Below, in pieces: positions 49,485 through 59,504 of a stretch of DNA of 64,000 nucleotides. A program made the position numbers and the translations under genes. Source of the stretch: an uncultured bacterium. GTDB lineage: Bacteria; Acidobacteriota; Thermoanaerobaculia; Multivoradales; JAHZIX01. A model generated the notes under the pieces. It was not told the origin of the DNA, searched no databases, and was given only the letters and a program-made list of their open reading frames with translations. How positions within the stretch are numbered: the first letter of the stretch is position 1; every line of letters begins with the position of its first letter. The stretch is from NCBI GenBank assembly GCA_965368975.1, contig CBDUPA010000010.1, forward strand, positions 128,001 through 192,000. Reading direction: 5' to 3'.

Positions 49485-50486
49485 TCATGGATTCTTACCG
49501 CACAGGCTCCACGCCAGACCCAGCAGCGCCGGCGTCGGGTGCACGACGAGACGCACCGGCACGGATTCCAGGTAGCCGCGAAAACGCCCCTTGTCGGCGT
49601 AGCGCGTCCAGAACAGGTCTCGCCGGAAAGCCGCGCCCATGTGTGGCAGGACACCACCTCCAACGAACAAACCACCGCGTGCACCGAGTGTCAGCACTAG
49701 GTCACCGGCCACCGCGCCGAGCAGAGAGGCGAACACCTCGACCGCCTCGCGTGCCTGTTCCGACAAGCGGCTCCGCAGGGTCACCTCCACCGGCCGCATC
49801 GCCTCGGGCGCCGTGCCGTCGAGGTCGCAGATGGCCCGGTACAGACGGACCAGACCGGGGCCGGAGAGCACCCTCTCCGCCGAAACGGTGCCAAACTCCC
49901 GACGCAGCACCCCCAGGATCCGCCACTCGCGCTCACTGCCCGCCGCCAGATCGCGGTGACCGCCTTCGCTGGCCAGCGGCAACCAACCACCGGAACCATC
50001 AGGCACCAAGCCGGACACACCCAGGCCGGTACCCGGCCCCAACAGTGCAATCGGCGCCGCCGGCTCGGCGCTGACTTCGGCCTCTGGCGGACTGAGCAGC
50101 GTCGTCTCATTGTCTCTCAAGAGTGGCAAGGACAGCGCCAGGGCAGTGAAGTCGTTGATCACGACCAAGCGCTGCAGTTCCAAACAACGCTGCAACGCCG
50201 AGATCGAGAAACTCCAGCTCGGGCGGTTGGTGAGTGCGACCTCATCACCAAGGATCGGGGTTGCCAGCGCCACGGCCGCGCGCGTCGGCGGCTCGGTCAG
50301 GGTCAGGCTGGCGAGATAAGCCTTGGCGGCATCGGTCAAGCTCGCATAGTCGTCACAGCTCAGGATGCGTTGGGCGTGCAGCCGGCCATCGCGCGTCACC
50401 ACCGCGAAACGCGCGTTACTAGCTCCAACGTCCGCCACCCACCACCGAGGTTCTTCTGGCGCCGGTTCACGGAGCCCAGTAGACAC
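49485..50486 (-). CDS. glk: Glucokinase
   Basis: ADVGASNARF, INDF, GPGTGLG, EGGH and SAERVLSGPGL motifs. Confidence 0.93.
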   Translation of the reverse strand: MSTGLREPAPEEPRWWVADVGASNARFAVVTRDGRLHAQRILSCDDYASLTDAAKAYLASLTLTEPPTRAAVALATPILGDEVALTNRPSWSFSISALQRCLELQRLVVINDFTALALSLPLLRDNETTLLSPPEAEVSAEPAAPIALLGPGTGLGVSGLVPDGSGGWLPLASEGGHRDLAAGSEREWRILGVLRREFGTVSAERVLSGPGLVRLYRAICDLDGTAPEAMRPVEVTLRSRLSEQAREAVEVFASLLGAVAGDLVLTLGARGGLFVGGGVLPHMGAAFRRDLFWTRYADKGRFRGYLESVPVRLVVHPTPALLGLAWSLCGKNP

Positions 50487-51177
50487 GGACGGTCACCTCT
50501 GGATCGTGCAGCAGCGCACGGATCGGGCGCTCCTCGACCGAGCCACGTCCGAGTGCCTGATGGTACGAGTACCACTTCTCCTGACCGAGGATCAGCAGAT
50601 ACACACGGCGGGCTGCACGAAGAGCTGGCAGGGTCAAGCTGATACGAGCCGCCGGCTGATCCGGCGGGTGTACGGGATGGCACAGGTGGCCACTCTCCAG
50701 ATCCATGGCCGCCGACAGTTCCGGTGCCCCGGGAAACAGCGACGCGATGTGACCGTCGTTGCCCATACCCAGCACCGCAACATCGAACGGCTGCGGAATC
50801 TGTGCCAGGCGAGCCTCACAGGCTGACCACCCGTCCTCGGGCGTCGCACCGGGCGTCTTGAGCCCCACGAACTTGCTCCGCGCCGCCTCATGAATCAAGA
50901 AGCGTCGCGCCGCCAAACCTTCGTGGCTCTCGGGATCGTCGACCGGCAGCCACCATTCGTCAGACAGGGTGACCCAGATCATCTCCCAGCTCATCATTTT
51001 GTGACTCAGCACCTCGAACAAGGGCGCCGGCGTCGAACCGCCGGGTAACACCAGGCTGCCGCACCCGCGCTCGACGATCGCCAGATCGAGCTGGTCGATG
51101 ATGTCGACCGCCAGATCACGGAACAAGAATCGGTGCTCCTCGTAGCGCTGCTCGATGATCATGATCGGCGCGAGCAT
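50467..51177 (-). CDS. pgl: 6-phosphogluconolactonase
   Basis: PGGSTP, LGMGNDGHIASLFP and RISLT motifs. Confidence 0.92.
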   Translation of the reverse strand: MLAPIMIIEQRYEEHRFLFRDLAVDIIDQLDLAIVERGCGSLVLPGGSTPAPLFEVLSHKMMSWEMIWVTLSDEWWLPVDDPESHEGLAARRFLIHEAARSKFVGLKTPGATPEDGWSACEARLAQIPQPFDVAVLGMGNDGHIASLFPGAPELSAAMDLESGHLCHPVHPPDQPAARISLTLPALRAARRVYLLILGQEKWYSYHQALGRGSVEERPIRALLHDPEVTVRVYWAP

Positions 51178-51283
51178 ACCTTAGATCGTCGTTCGAGTAG
51201 CGCTGCTGCGAAGACGTAGCCGACGCTCCCGCACACGTCGGGCTCCACTTGGGCGCCGACACGGGGCAGGATAGACTGAAGGC

Positions 51284-52372
51284 ATGGAAGGTCACCCTCT
51301 CCGAGAGCTCACTGTCCGTGGCTTCAAGTCGCTGCGCGATCAGAAGATCGAATTCCACCCCTTGAACATCCTGATCGGCGCCAACGGTTCCGGCAAGTCG
51401 AACTTCATCGAAGTCTTCCGACTTTTGCATGCCCTAGAGCAGAATCGACTCCGGAGCTACACGCGCGAAGCGGGAGGCGCAGATTCGCTCTTGCACCATG
51501 GCGGCAAGGTCACCGAACAGATCGAGATCGCGGCATGGTTTGGTCCCAATGGCTACGCATGCACGCTGCAACCAGACCCGGACGATCTATTCTTCTTCTC
51601 GGAGGAAGTGACCTTCTTCCACGATACGAGTTACCTCGAGCCCTACGACAACTATCTAGGCAGCGCGCACCAAGAAAGCCGCCTCGGCACCACAGGAATC
51701 GACAAGTACATCCGCTCTTCCTTCAAGAGCTGGCAGCTCTACCACTTCCACGATGTCGGGCGCACCGCGCACGTCAAGAAGACCTGCAACGTCAACGACA
51801 ACCAGTTTCTGCGTCCGGATGCCGCCAATCTCGCGGCCTTCCTACTCGCCCTGCGCGAGAACTTCCCGGACGAATATCGCAACATCGTCGACACCATCCG
51901 CTTGGCTGCCCCCTTCTTCGACGACTTCATACTGGAACCGGTGCGGGAAAAGCCGGACACGCTGCGACTGGAGTGGCGCGAACGCGATTCCGAGAAGTAC
52001 TTCAACGCTCACGATCTCTCTGACGGTACGCTGCGCTTCATTTGCATCGCTACATTACTGATGCAGCCACGTGAGCTGCTGCCATCCATGATCTTGCTCG
52101 ACGAGCCCGAACTCGGTCTACATCCGTACGCCATCGCACTGCTCGCCGACTTACTGAGTAGTGCCTCTGAGAGTACAAGGGTCCTTGCCGCGACACAGAG
52201 CGTCAACCTGATCGACCACCTGGAGTTGGAGCACCTCATCGTGGCAGACCGCGAAGGCGGCGAGACAAGTCTCCATCGTCCGGATCCCGACTTCCTTCGC
52301 ACCTGGCTGAGCGAGTATTCGCTGGGCCAGGTATGGGAAAAGAATCTGATGGGTGGGCGACCGGGGCGATGA
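51284..52372 (+). CDS. AAA_21 / AbiEii-like ABC ATPase
   Basis: Walker A GANGSGKS; LSDGT signature; Walker B LLDEPELGLHP; ATQS. Confidence 0.88.
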   Translation: MEGHPLRELTVRGFKSLRDQKIEFHPLNILIGANGSGKSNFIEVFRLLHALEQNRLRSYTREAGGADSLLHHGGKVTEQIEIAAWFGPNGYACTLQPDPDDLFFFSEEVTFFHDTSYLEPYDNYLGSAHQESRLGTTGIDKYIRSSFKSWQLYHFHDVGRTAHVKKTCNVNDNQFLRPDAANLAAFLLALRENFPDEYRNIVDTIRLAAPFFDDFILEPVREKPDTLRLEWRERDSEKYFNAHDLSDGTLRFICIATLLMQPRELLPSMILLDEPELGLHPYAIALLADLLSSASESTRVLAATQSVNLIDHLELEHLIVADREGGETSLHRPDPDFLRTWLSEYSLGQVWEKNLMGGRPGR

Positions 52373-53028
52373 AGCGCGGCTACATCCTGGTCGAGGGACA
52401 GACCGAGGAAGCCTTCGTCAAGGAACTCCTTTCGCCCAGCCTCCTTCCGCAACTGTCCCTGCAACCGATCGTCATCACCACTAGCCGCGATCGAAAGGGT
52501 CTCAAATACCGCGGTGGCTCGACGAGTTTCGCCAAGATCAAGAGCCAGGTACACGCACTGCTAGGAGATCGGGCAGCTGCCGTGGTGACGACGATGATCG
52601 ACCTTTACGCCCTCCCCGAGGACTTTCCACAACTAGCTCAGGCTCCCAACAAGGCTTACGAGCGGGTCGAGTTCCTGGAAGCACAGTTCACGGCTTCGAT
52701 CAGCGATCATAGATTCGTGCCGTTCCTCATGCTGCACGAATTCGAAGCCCTGCTCCTCGCTTCACCTCAGCACCTGCAACAGAGGTTTCCCGAGCGCTCA
52801 GTGGAGCGCACAACTCAGACCTGGCTACAAAACGTAGAGTCCCCGGAAGAGATCAACGGTGGTCGGGATACACATCCTTCTGCCCGACTGCAAGACCTCG
52901 TACCAGAGTTTCGCAAGACACGTGATGGTCCTCTGATCGTGCAGCGAGTCGGCTTGAGAAAGCTACGGCAAAGCTGCCCTCACCTCGAACGCCGGCTCAC
53001 ACAGCTGGAAGCCCTCGGCGAGAAATAG
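52369..53028 (+). CDS. DUF4276 family (TOPRIM-like) protein
   Basis: ATGA overlap with the ATPase; VEGQTEE, TMIDLYALP, HEFEALL, PEEIN..PSARL and CPH motifs. Confidence 0.8.
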   Translation: MKRGYILVEGQTEEAFVKELLSPSLLPQLSLQPIVITTSRDRKGLKYRGGSTSFAKIKSQVHALLGDRAAAVVTTMIDLYALPEDFPQLAQAPNKAYERVEFLEAQFTASISDHRFVPFLMLHEFEALLLASPQHLQQRFPERSVERTTQTWLQNVESPEEINGGRDTHPSARLQDLVPEFRKTRDGPLIVQRVGLRKLRQSCPHLERRLTQLEALGEK

Positions 53029-53034
53029 GCGGCC

Positions 53035-53430
53035 TCACTCAGCAGCCGCCAAGTCAGCGCTGAAGGCTCCGGCACCGCTCCAGGCCACCTGCAAGACGGC
53101 ACCGAGGACCGCGATCGGCAGCAGGATCGTGGGCTCGTCGCTCCAGTCGTGCACCATGTGCGCGTGGATGGCGACGGCCATGATGGCCAGCGACACGACG
53201 GCTCCGACGCGAGCGAAGAGCCCTAGCAGCAGCGACAGGCCGGCCAGCACCTCGAGTACCGGCACGACCGTGCCGAGAAGCTCAGGGAACGGAATGCCGG
53301 CACCTTCGAGAATGGGCTGCATCGGGGCCATGCCCAGCAGGTGCTGGGCGCCGATACCGATCAACGGCAACGACGCGATGACGCGAATGGCAGTCAAATG
53401 ACGAGCGGAACTGGTGGTGCGAAGACCCAT
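53035..53430 (-). CDS. DoxX family membrane protein
   Basis: Four TM helices; EVLAGL..GLFAR; GAGAFSAD. Confidence 0.85.
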   Translation of the reverse strand: MGLRTTSSARHLTAIRVIASLPLIGIGAQHLLGMAPMQPILEGAGIPFPELLGTVVPVLEVLAGLSLLLGLFARVGAVVSLAIMAVAIHAHMVHDWSDEPTILLPIAVLGAVLQVAWSGAGAFSADLAAAE

Positions 53431-53495
53431 GGCAGGCTCCTTGGCGGGCGCTTGGACAGAAATGGAAGAGCGCGACGCAGCGGATGGCAGGAATT

Positions 53496-55889
53496 CTAGA
53501 TCAAGCGCGGGCGGAAGCCGTCGATGGTCTCCTCCACCAGCAGGAGATGGAAACCGCGGCGGGCCCCGAGCCTCACGAATCCCTGGTACCCCATGGACTT
53601 GTCGAGACCCAGCAGGCGGTTGCCCAAGCCCTGGTGCAGCTGGCCGCGATAGGCCTCGACGACCTCGGTGTCGAAGCTCGGAGCGATCAGAAAGGCTCCT
53701 CCGACGTCCCCGCGCTGCGTACGGGCTTGTTTGGCTTGCTTGATCGTCTCGAGCTCCGCGTGGAAGGTCGCGGTATCCATGCGCGGCAGGCGCCGAGCGA
53801 CGTGCAGCAGCTTGCCCTCTTCGTCTTGGGTCGCCAGGTCGAAGTAGTCACGCTCGGCACTGCCGGGGCGCTCCAGCTGGGTGTACAGACGCGCTTGTCG
53901 CACCAGCAACAGCCAGTCACCGAGATACTTCCAGCCGTCGGCTTGCTGACGCTCCACCAGTAGCCGCGGCAAGTCTTCGAGCATCCAGCGCAGGAACCGC
54001 GCCATGGGCCCTTGCTCGACTCCGGCCGGCCCGACGCTCGCCCGCCGTGGCGGCTGGAAGGCGAGGCGAAACAGCGGTGACGCCTCGGAGGTGAGACCGC
54101 CGGTCGCCTCGAAGGTACCGGTGAGCGTCGACGACGAGCCACTACCGCTACCGGACATCGCGGCGGCGGCGCGCTCGGGGGTCGCAACGACGTCCAGATC
54201 TGCGAAGGCCAGGGGATACCACGACGCCGGCGGCTCGAAACGCGGCGGCGTGACGCACGCGGTGATTCCCGGGGTGCGCAGCCAAGACGCCAGATTGTCC
54301 GGCTGCGATGCTGTCTGAGCTGTTGTTGTCAGAGTTGTTGCCGTCGGAGTCGGCATCGTCGGCCAGGCGCCGCTGAGCAGTACCATCTCGGTGCGCGCAC
54401 CGTCGAGCAGGATCAACCCGAAGGCGTCCTTGGCCAGCTGACCTCCGTTCAAGTGCACGACACCGCGAAAGCCCTGTCTCTGCAACTTACCAGCAAAGGC
54501 GGCCAGGTTGACCACCTCTGAATCCAGGTCTCGGTGCAGCGGCTCAGCCGGACGAAGCGCGCTGGCCAGCAAGCACACGAAAGCCTCGCCGTGGTCTGGC
54601 GGCGCCGCGTGCAGGCGCACCTCGCCGCGGTCCGGCAGCTCACCCTCGGGCTGAGCCTGGCCGCTCTCGACATCGACGACAGTCAACAAGACGCCTCTCT
54701 CGACCAGCAACAGGTACTTGTCGAAACGGGCAGCACCAGCGAAGGCAGGCGCGTGAAGAGGGGCTTCCAGGAGCTTCTTCAGGAAGTCGTCGCGCTCTTG
54801 GACGCCGGCAACCTGCACCGGCCACGATTCGACAAGGGCGCGAACCGCCTGGAAGCGGTTGCGTGCCTGTGGCGCCGAGAAGAAGTCAACCGGTACCGCC
54901 AGCACACGCGAAGGACTCGCCCCGTCCACCTCGGCAGAGCCCACCAGGCTGCCCTCAGCAACAGGACCTGCAGCCCCCGTGCGCGGCACCGCCCCAGCCA
55001 CGGAGGTGTCGTGATCTTGGCGGTCAAACCCCACGAGCCCCAAGCGCTGGCGCAGGTCGAAGGCCATCTCGCGCGCGGTGGCAAAGCGTGCCTCCCGGTC
55101 CTTGGCCAGGGCCTTGTGGACCCACGGGTCGAGCGCGGCCGGCAGGCGCGGGTCCCGCTCGGTCACCGGCACCGGTGGCCGAGCGAACATGGCGTTGATC
55201 AACTGTGCCAGGTTGTCGCCATCCCAAGGAAGCTGGCGGGAGACCAGCTGGTAGAAGACGACCGCCGCCGCGAATAAATCCGCGCGCCCGTCGACCGGCT
55301 CGCCCTGCAATTGCTCGGGCGAAGCGTAGCGCGGTGTCGCCAGGACCGAACCGGCCACGGTCTCGACCAGCGATCGGCCCTGCAGCCGAGCAATGCCAAA
55401 GTCGGTGACCTTGAGCTGCCCGCTGTCGAGCAGCATCAGGTTGGAGGGCTTGATATCCCGGTGCACCACACCCGCTGTATGCGCCGCCTCCAAGACGTCC
55501 AGGAGATCGAACAGGTGAGCCGCGGCGCGTGCCGGCGGCAAGGGCGCGTCGGCGTCGATCAGGGCTTCGAACGTGCGGCCTTCCAGCCACTCCATGACGA
55601 TGTAGAGCTGCCCGCTCACCTTGTCGACACGGTGGATCGTCGCTACCCCCGGATGGGATAGAGCTGCCGCCGCGCGCGCCTCCTGCAGGAAGCGCTTCGA
55701 GGCCTCGTCATCGCCGCCACCGCTGCTGCCTTGCTCGGCATCCGGCTTCAGGAACTTGATCGCCACCGGCCGATCGAGATTGATGTCGATCGCCCGGTAC
55801 ACCACTCCCATCGCTCCGGCGCCGGCCTGGCGTTCGATGCGATAGGGAAATTCCCGGCTGGCGCTGGGAAGCGAAGCTGCGGACGTCAT
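53496..55889 (-). CDS. Cytoplasmic Hanks-type Ser/Thr kinase with ~480 aa uncharacterised C-terminal region
   Basis: GAGAMGVVY, VAIK, HRDIKPSN, DFG and YASPE motifs; AGGAG RBS before the ATG at 55889; no TM segment. Confidence 0.88.
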   Translation of the reverse strand: MTSAASLPSASREFPYRIERQAGAGAMGVVYRAIDINLDRPVAIKFLKPDAEQGSSGGGDDEASKRFLQEARAAAALSHPGVATIHRVDKVSGQLYIVMEWLEGRTFEALIDADAPLPPARAAAHLFDLLDVLEAAHTAGVVHRDIKPSNLMLLDSGQLKVTDFGIARLQGRSLVETVAGSVLATPRYASPEQLQGEPVDGRADLFAAAVVFYQLVSRQLPWDGDNLAQLINAMFARPPVPVTERDPRLPAALDPWVHKALAKDREARFATAREMAFDLRQRLGLVGFDRQDHDTSVAGAVPRTGAAGPVAEGSLVGSAEVDGASPSRVLAVPVDFFSAPQARNRFQAVRALVESWPVQVAGVQERDDFLKKLLEAPLHAPAFAGAARFDKYLLLVERGVLLTVVDVESGQAQPEGELPDRGEVRLHAAPPDHGEAFVCLLASALRPAEPLHRDLDSEVVNLAAFAGKLQRQGFRGVVHLNGGQLAKDAFGLILLDGARTEMVLLSGAWPTMPTPTATTLTTTAQTASQPDNLASWLRTPGITACVTPPRFEPPASWYPLAFADLDVVATPERAAAAMSGSGSGSSSTLTGTFEATGGLTSEASPLFRLAFQPPRRASVGPAGVEQGPMARFLRWMLEDLPRLLVERQQADGWKYLGDWLLLVRQARLYTQLERPGSAERDYFDLATQDEEGKLLHVARRLPRMDTATFHAELETIKQAKQARTQRGDVGGAFLIAPSFDTEVVEAYRGQLHQGLGNRLLGLDKSMGYQGFVRLGARRGFHLLLVEETIDGFRPRLI

Positions 55890-56125
55890 ACTCTGGGCTC
55901 CTGTTGGGCTCTTGAACTCGGCGTTCGAGGGTCTAGGGTCAACCGGACCCTCGCACAGCGAGGATTGTAGCGGGTTCCGCCCTAGGTACAATACGCGGCT
56001 AGTGCAGCAAAGGATGTGCTGCCATCTTCCCCTCTAACGAGTTTCTCGGCTATACTCCAGAGGTCTTTCGAGACACATTTTATGTTTGGGTTGTTTGAAC
56101 CCGCCGGATTTCTAGAGGACATGCC

Positions 56126-56788
56126 ATGCCCGACTCGGTCGACCCGACCGGGGAAGCGGTCGTTCGTCCACATTCCGGTGGACCCTCCCCCAGCGAGAAT
56201 CCGGCACGCCGCAGCGCGCTGACCTGGCTTTCGAGCCTCGGTCTGATCGCGGCCCTGGCGGCTGCCTACGGCACCTTCGCAGCTTTCCTGGCACGCTTCG
56301 TCTACCCCGCGCGGCCTCCGGCGAAAGGCTGGATGTACGTCACGCGCGCCTCCCGGCTCGAGAGTGGCACGTCGCTTCTCTACCGTACTCCCGCGGGCGC
56401 CACCGTCACGCTAGCGCGCAAGAAGGTAGACGCCGGCACGTTCAGCGAAAGCACCGACGACGCCTTTATCGCACTCTCCAGCACCTGCCCGCACCTCGGC
56501 TGTCAGGTCCACTGGCAACCGGTGCACGACCGCTTCTTCTGCCCCTGCCACAACGGCATCTTCGATCCGCAGGGAACCGCGATCTCCGGTCCGCCGGCGG
56601 AAGCCGGGCAATCTCTGCCACGCTATGCGCTGAAGGTCGAGGACGACCTGCTGTACATCGAAGTGCCGATGGACGAGCTGGCCATGGGGCCGGGCGAGAT
56701 CCTGGAGCCACCGCCGATGTGCCCGGGGCCGGGGCACGATCCGTGCTTGCAGCCACCGACGCTGCGCCCCCGGGTCGAGGAAGCCTGA
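56126..56788 (+). CDS. Rieske 2Fe-2S subunit of a Rieske/cytochrome b complex
   Basis: Tat-like RRSAL plus TM anchor; CPHLGC and CPCHNG boxes. Confidence 0.92.
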   Translation: MPDSVDPTGEAVVRPHSGGPSPSENPARRSALTWLSSLGLIAALAAAYGTFAAFLARFVYPARPPAKGWMYVTRASRLESGTSLLYRTPAGATVTLARKKVDAGTFSESTDDAFIALSSTCPHLGCQVHWQPVHDRFFCPCHNGIFDPQGTAISGPPAEAGQSLPRYALKVEDDLLYIEVPMDELAMGPGEILEPPPMCPGPGHDPCLQPPTLRPRVEEA

Positions 56789-56792
56789 AGCC

Positions 56793-57839
56793 ATGAAGGT
56801 CCTGACCTGGTTCCAAGATCGCCTGCCGATCTCCGGCGAACAACTGCGCGAGCTGACCAACGAACCTGTCCCCAACCACATGAAGCGCTGGTGGTTCGCG
56901 CTCGGCGGCACACCGGCCTATCTGTTCGTTGTCCAGGTCGTTACCGGCATCCTGCTCGCCATCTACTACAAGCCATCGCCGGAAACAGCCTACGAGTCGG
57001 TGCGCTACATCACCGAAGAAGCTTCTTACGGCTGGTTGCTTCGCGGCATCCACAAGTGGGGCGCGACGCTGATGATCGCAGCGGTGATCCTGCACCAGAT
57101 GCGGGTCTTCTTCACCGGCGCCTACCGCAAGCCGCGCGAGATCAACTGGATCATCGGCATGAGCTTGCTGTCGTGCACACTGGTTCTCGGCTTCACCGGC
57201 TACTGCCTGGTGTACGAACAGCTGAGTTACTGGGGCGCGGCCGTGGGCGCCAACATCGCCGGCAGCGTGCCGTTCGTCGGCGAACTGGCCAAGGAACTCC
57301 TGCTCGGCGGTGAGGTCTACAACGCCAACACCCTGCCGCGCTTCTTCGTGCTACACGCGGCCGTGCTGCCCGGCATCCTGGTGCTCTTGATCCTGATCCA
57401 CATCGCGATCATCCGCATGCAGGGCGTCAGTGAGCTGCGCTTCGCTGACCAGCCCGAGGACAAGCCGAAGCACTTCAACTTCTTCCCCGATCACATGATG
57501 AGCGAGCTGATGATCGGCCTGGTGCTGATGATCCTGCTCACGTTCTTGGCGACCGTCGCGCCGCCCATCCTGGGCCCCCGCGCCGATCCACTGACCACGC
57601 CCGAGATCATCAAGCCGGAGTGGTTCTTCTACGTCACCTTCCGCTGGCTGAAACTGTTCTCCGGCACCGTGGCCATCCTCTCGACCGGCTTCATCGTCTT
57701 CGTCATGTTCGCCTGGCCCTTCATCGACCAGCAGATCCGCCGCCGTACGCGCTATCAGGAAGCCAGCGTGTGGATCGGCATCCTGGCTGTCCTGACACTC
57801 ATCGGCCTGACCCTATGGGAGGCCATCGCGGCCCACTGA
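56793..57839 (+). CDS. Cytochrome b (b6 and subunit IV in one chain)
   Basis: Heme His in GIHKW, LHQMR, LHAAV and IHIA; GFTGY; SYWG; IKPEWF (PEWY-like Qo motif). Confidence 0.92.
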   Translation: MKVLTWFQDRLPISGEQLRELTNEPVPNHMKRWWFALGGTPAYLFVVQVVTGILLAIYYKPSPETAYESVRYITEEASYGWLLRGIHKWGATLMIAAVILHQMRVFFTGAYRKPREINWIIGMSLLSCTLVLGFTGYCLVYEQLSYWGAAVGANIAGSVPFVGELAKELLLGGEVYNANTLPRFFVLHAAVLPGILVLLILIHIAIIRMQGVSELRFADQPEDKPKHFNFFPDHMMSELMIGLVLMILLTFLATVAPPILGPRADPLTTPEIIKPEWFFYVTFRWLKLFSGTVAILSTGFIVFVMFAWPFIDQQIRRRTRYQEASVWIGILAVLTLIGLTLWEAIAAH

Positions 57840-57857
57840 GGCCCGTGAGGAAAACTC

Positions 57858-59495
57858 ATGACCCTAGAGCAAAAGCGTTGGATTCTCATTGCCCTGTCCC
57901 TGCTGTTTCTAGTCTCGCTGCTGATCGTCCAGAAACTGGAGGTCGAGCGGCGGCTGGCCGAGGCAGGAGTGACGTCTCATGCGGTAGCCGTTCCTGCTTC
58001 GTCGCGTCAGTGCGTCGACTGCCACGCTAAGTCGAACCCCGGCATCGCCGACCACTGGCGCGGTAGCCCGCACGCGGTGGCCGGCGTCGCCTGCGTCGAG
58101 TGTCACCAAGCCCAGACCGGGGACGCCGATGGCTTCGACCATTACGGAGTGCACATCGCCACCGTCGTGACGCCGCGCGACTGCGCCACCTGCCACGTCG
58201 ACGTCGGTGCCGAGTTCGAGCGCAGCCATCACGCGGCCGCTGGCAACATCCTGGCCTCGCTGGACAACTTCCTGGCCGAGACGGTCGAGGGCGCGCGCGC
58301 GCCGTTCAACCCACACAGTCCGACGCCAGGCATGGTCGTCGACCAGGTCAACGGCTTGGCCAGTGCCTTCTCGGGCTGCCAACAGTGCCACGGCAGCAAG
58401 GTCGCGCTGGTCGCCGTCGACGGTGAACCGATCACTGTCGACGACCTGCAGCCGGGACCGGACGGTCAGCCGACCAACCTCGACGCCGTCGGACGCATCG
58501 CACGAGACGACAGTGGACGCCCCCGGTTCCATCCGGGAACCTGGCCCAACACCGGTATCGGCCGGCTCAACCTGGATGGCTCGCGCGGCTCCTGCAGCGC
58601 CTGCCACAGTCGTCACGACTTCTCGCCGCGGCGCGCCCGCCAGCCCGAGAACTGCGGCAAGTGTCACCTGGGTCCGGACCATCCACAGAAGGAAATCTAC
58701 GAAGAATCCAAGCATGGCGTCGCCTATCGTGATCTGCGCGAGCACATGAATTTGGACGCCCCGGACTGGGTGCTGGGCGAGGACTACAGTCAGGCACCGA
58801 CCTGCGCCACCTGCCACATGTCCGGCCACAGCCGCAACGGCGGCAAGGTGACCCACGATCCCGGCGAGCGCATCTCGTGGACCAACCGGCCACCGATCAG
58901 CCTGGTCATGGACACCGACGTCAACGGCAGCATCGTCACCAGCCTGGACCCGGCCGAGCGGCAAGCGCTGATCGTAGATACAGCCCAGCAGAAGCGTCAG
59001 CGCATGAAGGACGTCTGCTCACACTGCCACACGCCGGACTACGTCAACTCCTTCTATCGCCAGTACGACGACCTGGTGGTGCTGTACAACGAGAAGTTCG
59101 CCAAGTCGGGACAGGCGATCATCAACGCGCTCAAGAACGAGGGCCTGCTGACACCGACCCAGTTCGACGAAGAGATCGAGTGGACCTGGTTCTACCTATG
59201 GCATCACGAGGGGCGCAGGGCACGCCACGGTGCCTCGATGATGGCACCGGACTACACCCACTGGCACGGCATGTTCGAGGTCGCCGAACGCTTCTACATG
59301 GAGCTGATTCCACAGGCGCGCGAGCTGATCTCGCACGGACGCGACCACGGTCAGGCCGCTGCTGCGGCGCGCGTCGAGACGGTGGTCAACGGCATCCTCG
59401 CTCGTCCCGAGCACACCTGGTTCGAAGAGGGTGCGGCCGAGCAAATGGCAGCCATTCGGGCCGCCATGGAAGAACGTTACGGGCAGGGAGACTGA
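57858..59495 (+). CDS. Membrane-anchored octaheme cytochrome c, hydroxylamine oxidoreductase (HAO) family, probably reductive type
   Basis: Eight CxxCH motifs; CGKCHLGPDHPQKEIYEESKHG; HHEGRRARHGASMMAPDYTHWHG. Confidence 0.85.
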   Translation: MTLEQKRWILIALSLLFLVSLLIVQKLEVERRLAEAGVTSHAVAVPASSRQCVDCHAKSNPGIADHWRGSPHAVAGVACVECHQAQTGDADGFDHYGVHIATVVTPRDCATCHVDVGAEFERSHHAAAGNILASLDNFLAETVEGARAPFNPHSPTPGMVVDQVNGLASAFSGCQQCHGSKVALVAVDGEPITVDDLQPGPDGQPTNLDAVGRIARDDSGRPRFHPGTWPNTGIGRLNLDGSRGSCSACHSRHDFSPRRARQPENCGKCHLGPDHPQKEIYEESKHGVAYRDLREHMNLDAPDWVLGEDYSQAPTCATCHMSGHSRNGGKVTHDPGERISWTNRPPISLVMDTDVNGSIVTSLDPAERQALIVDTAQQKRQRMKDVCSHCHTPDYVNSFYRQYDDLVVLYNEKFAKSGQAIINALKNEGLLTPTQFDEEIEWTWFYLWHHEGRRARHGASMMAPDYTHWHGMFEVAERFYMELIPQARELISHGRDHGQAAAAARVETVVNGILARPEHTWFEEGAAEQMAAIRAAMEERYGQGD

Positions 59496-59504
59496 GGTGA
59501 GATC

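Noticed and set aside
57858-59495. Evidence for nitrification or anammox
   Set aside because: No amo or hzs genes are present. The context (napAB) and the PDYTHWHG motif point to a reductive HAO-family protein.
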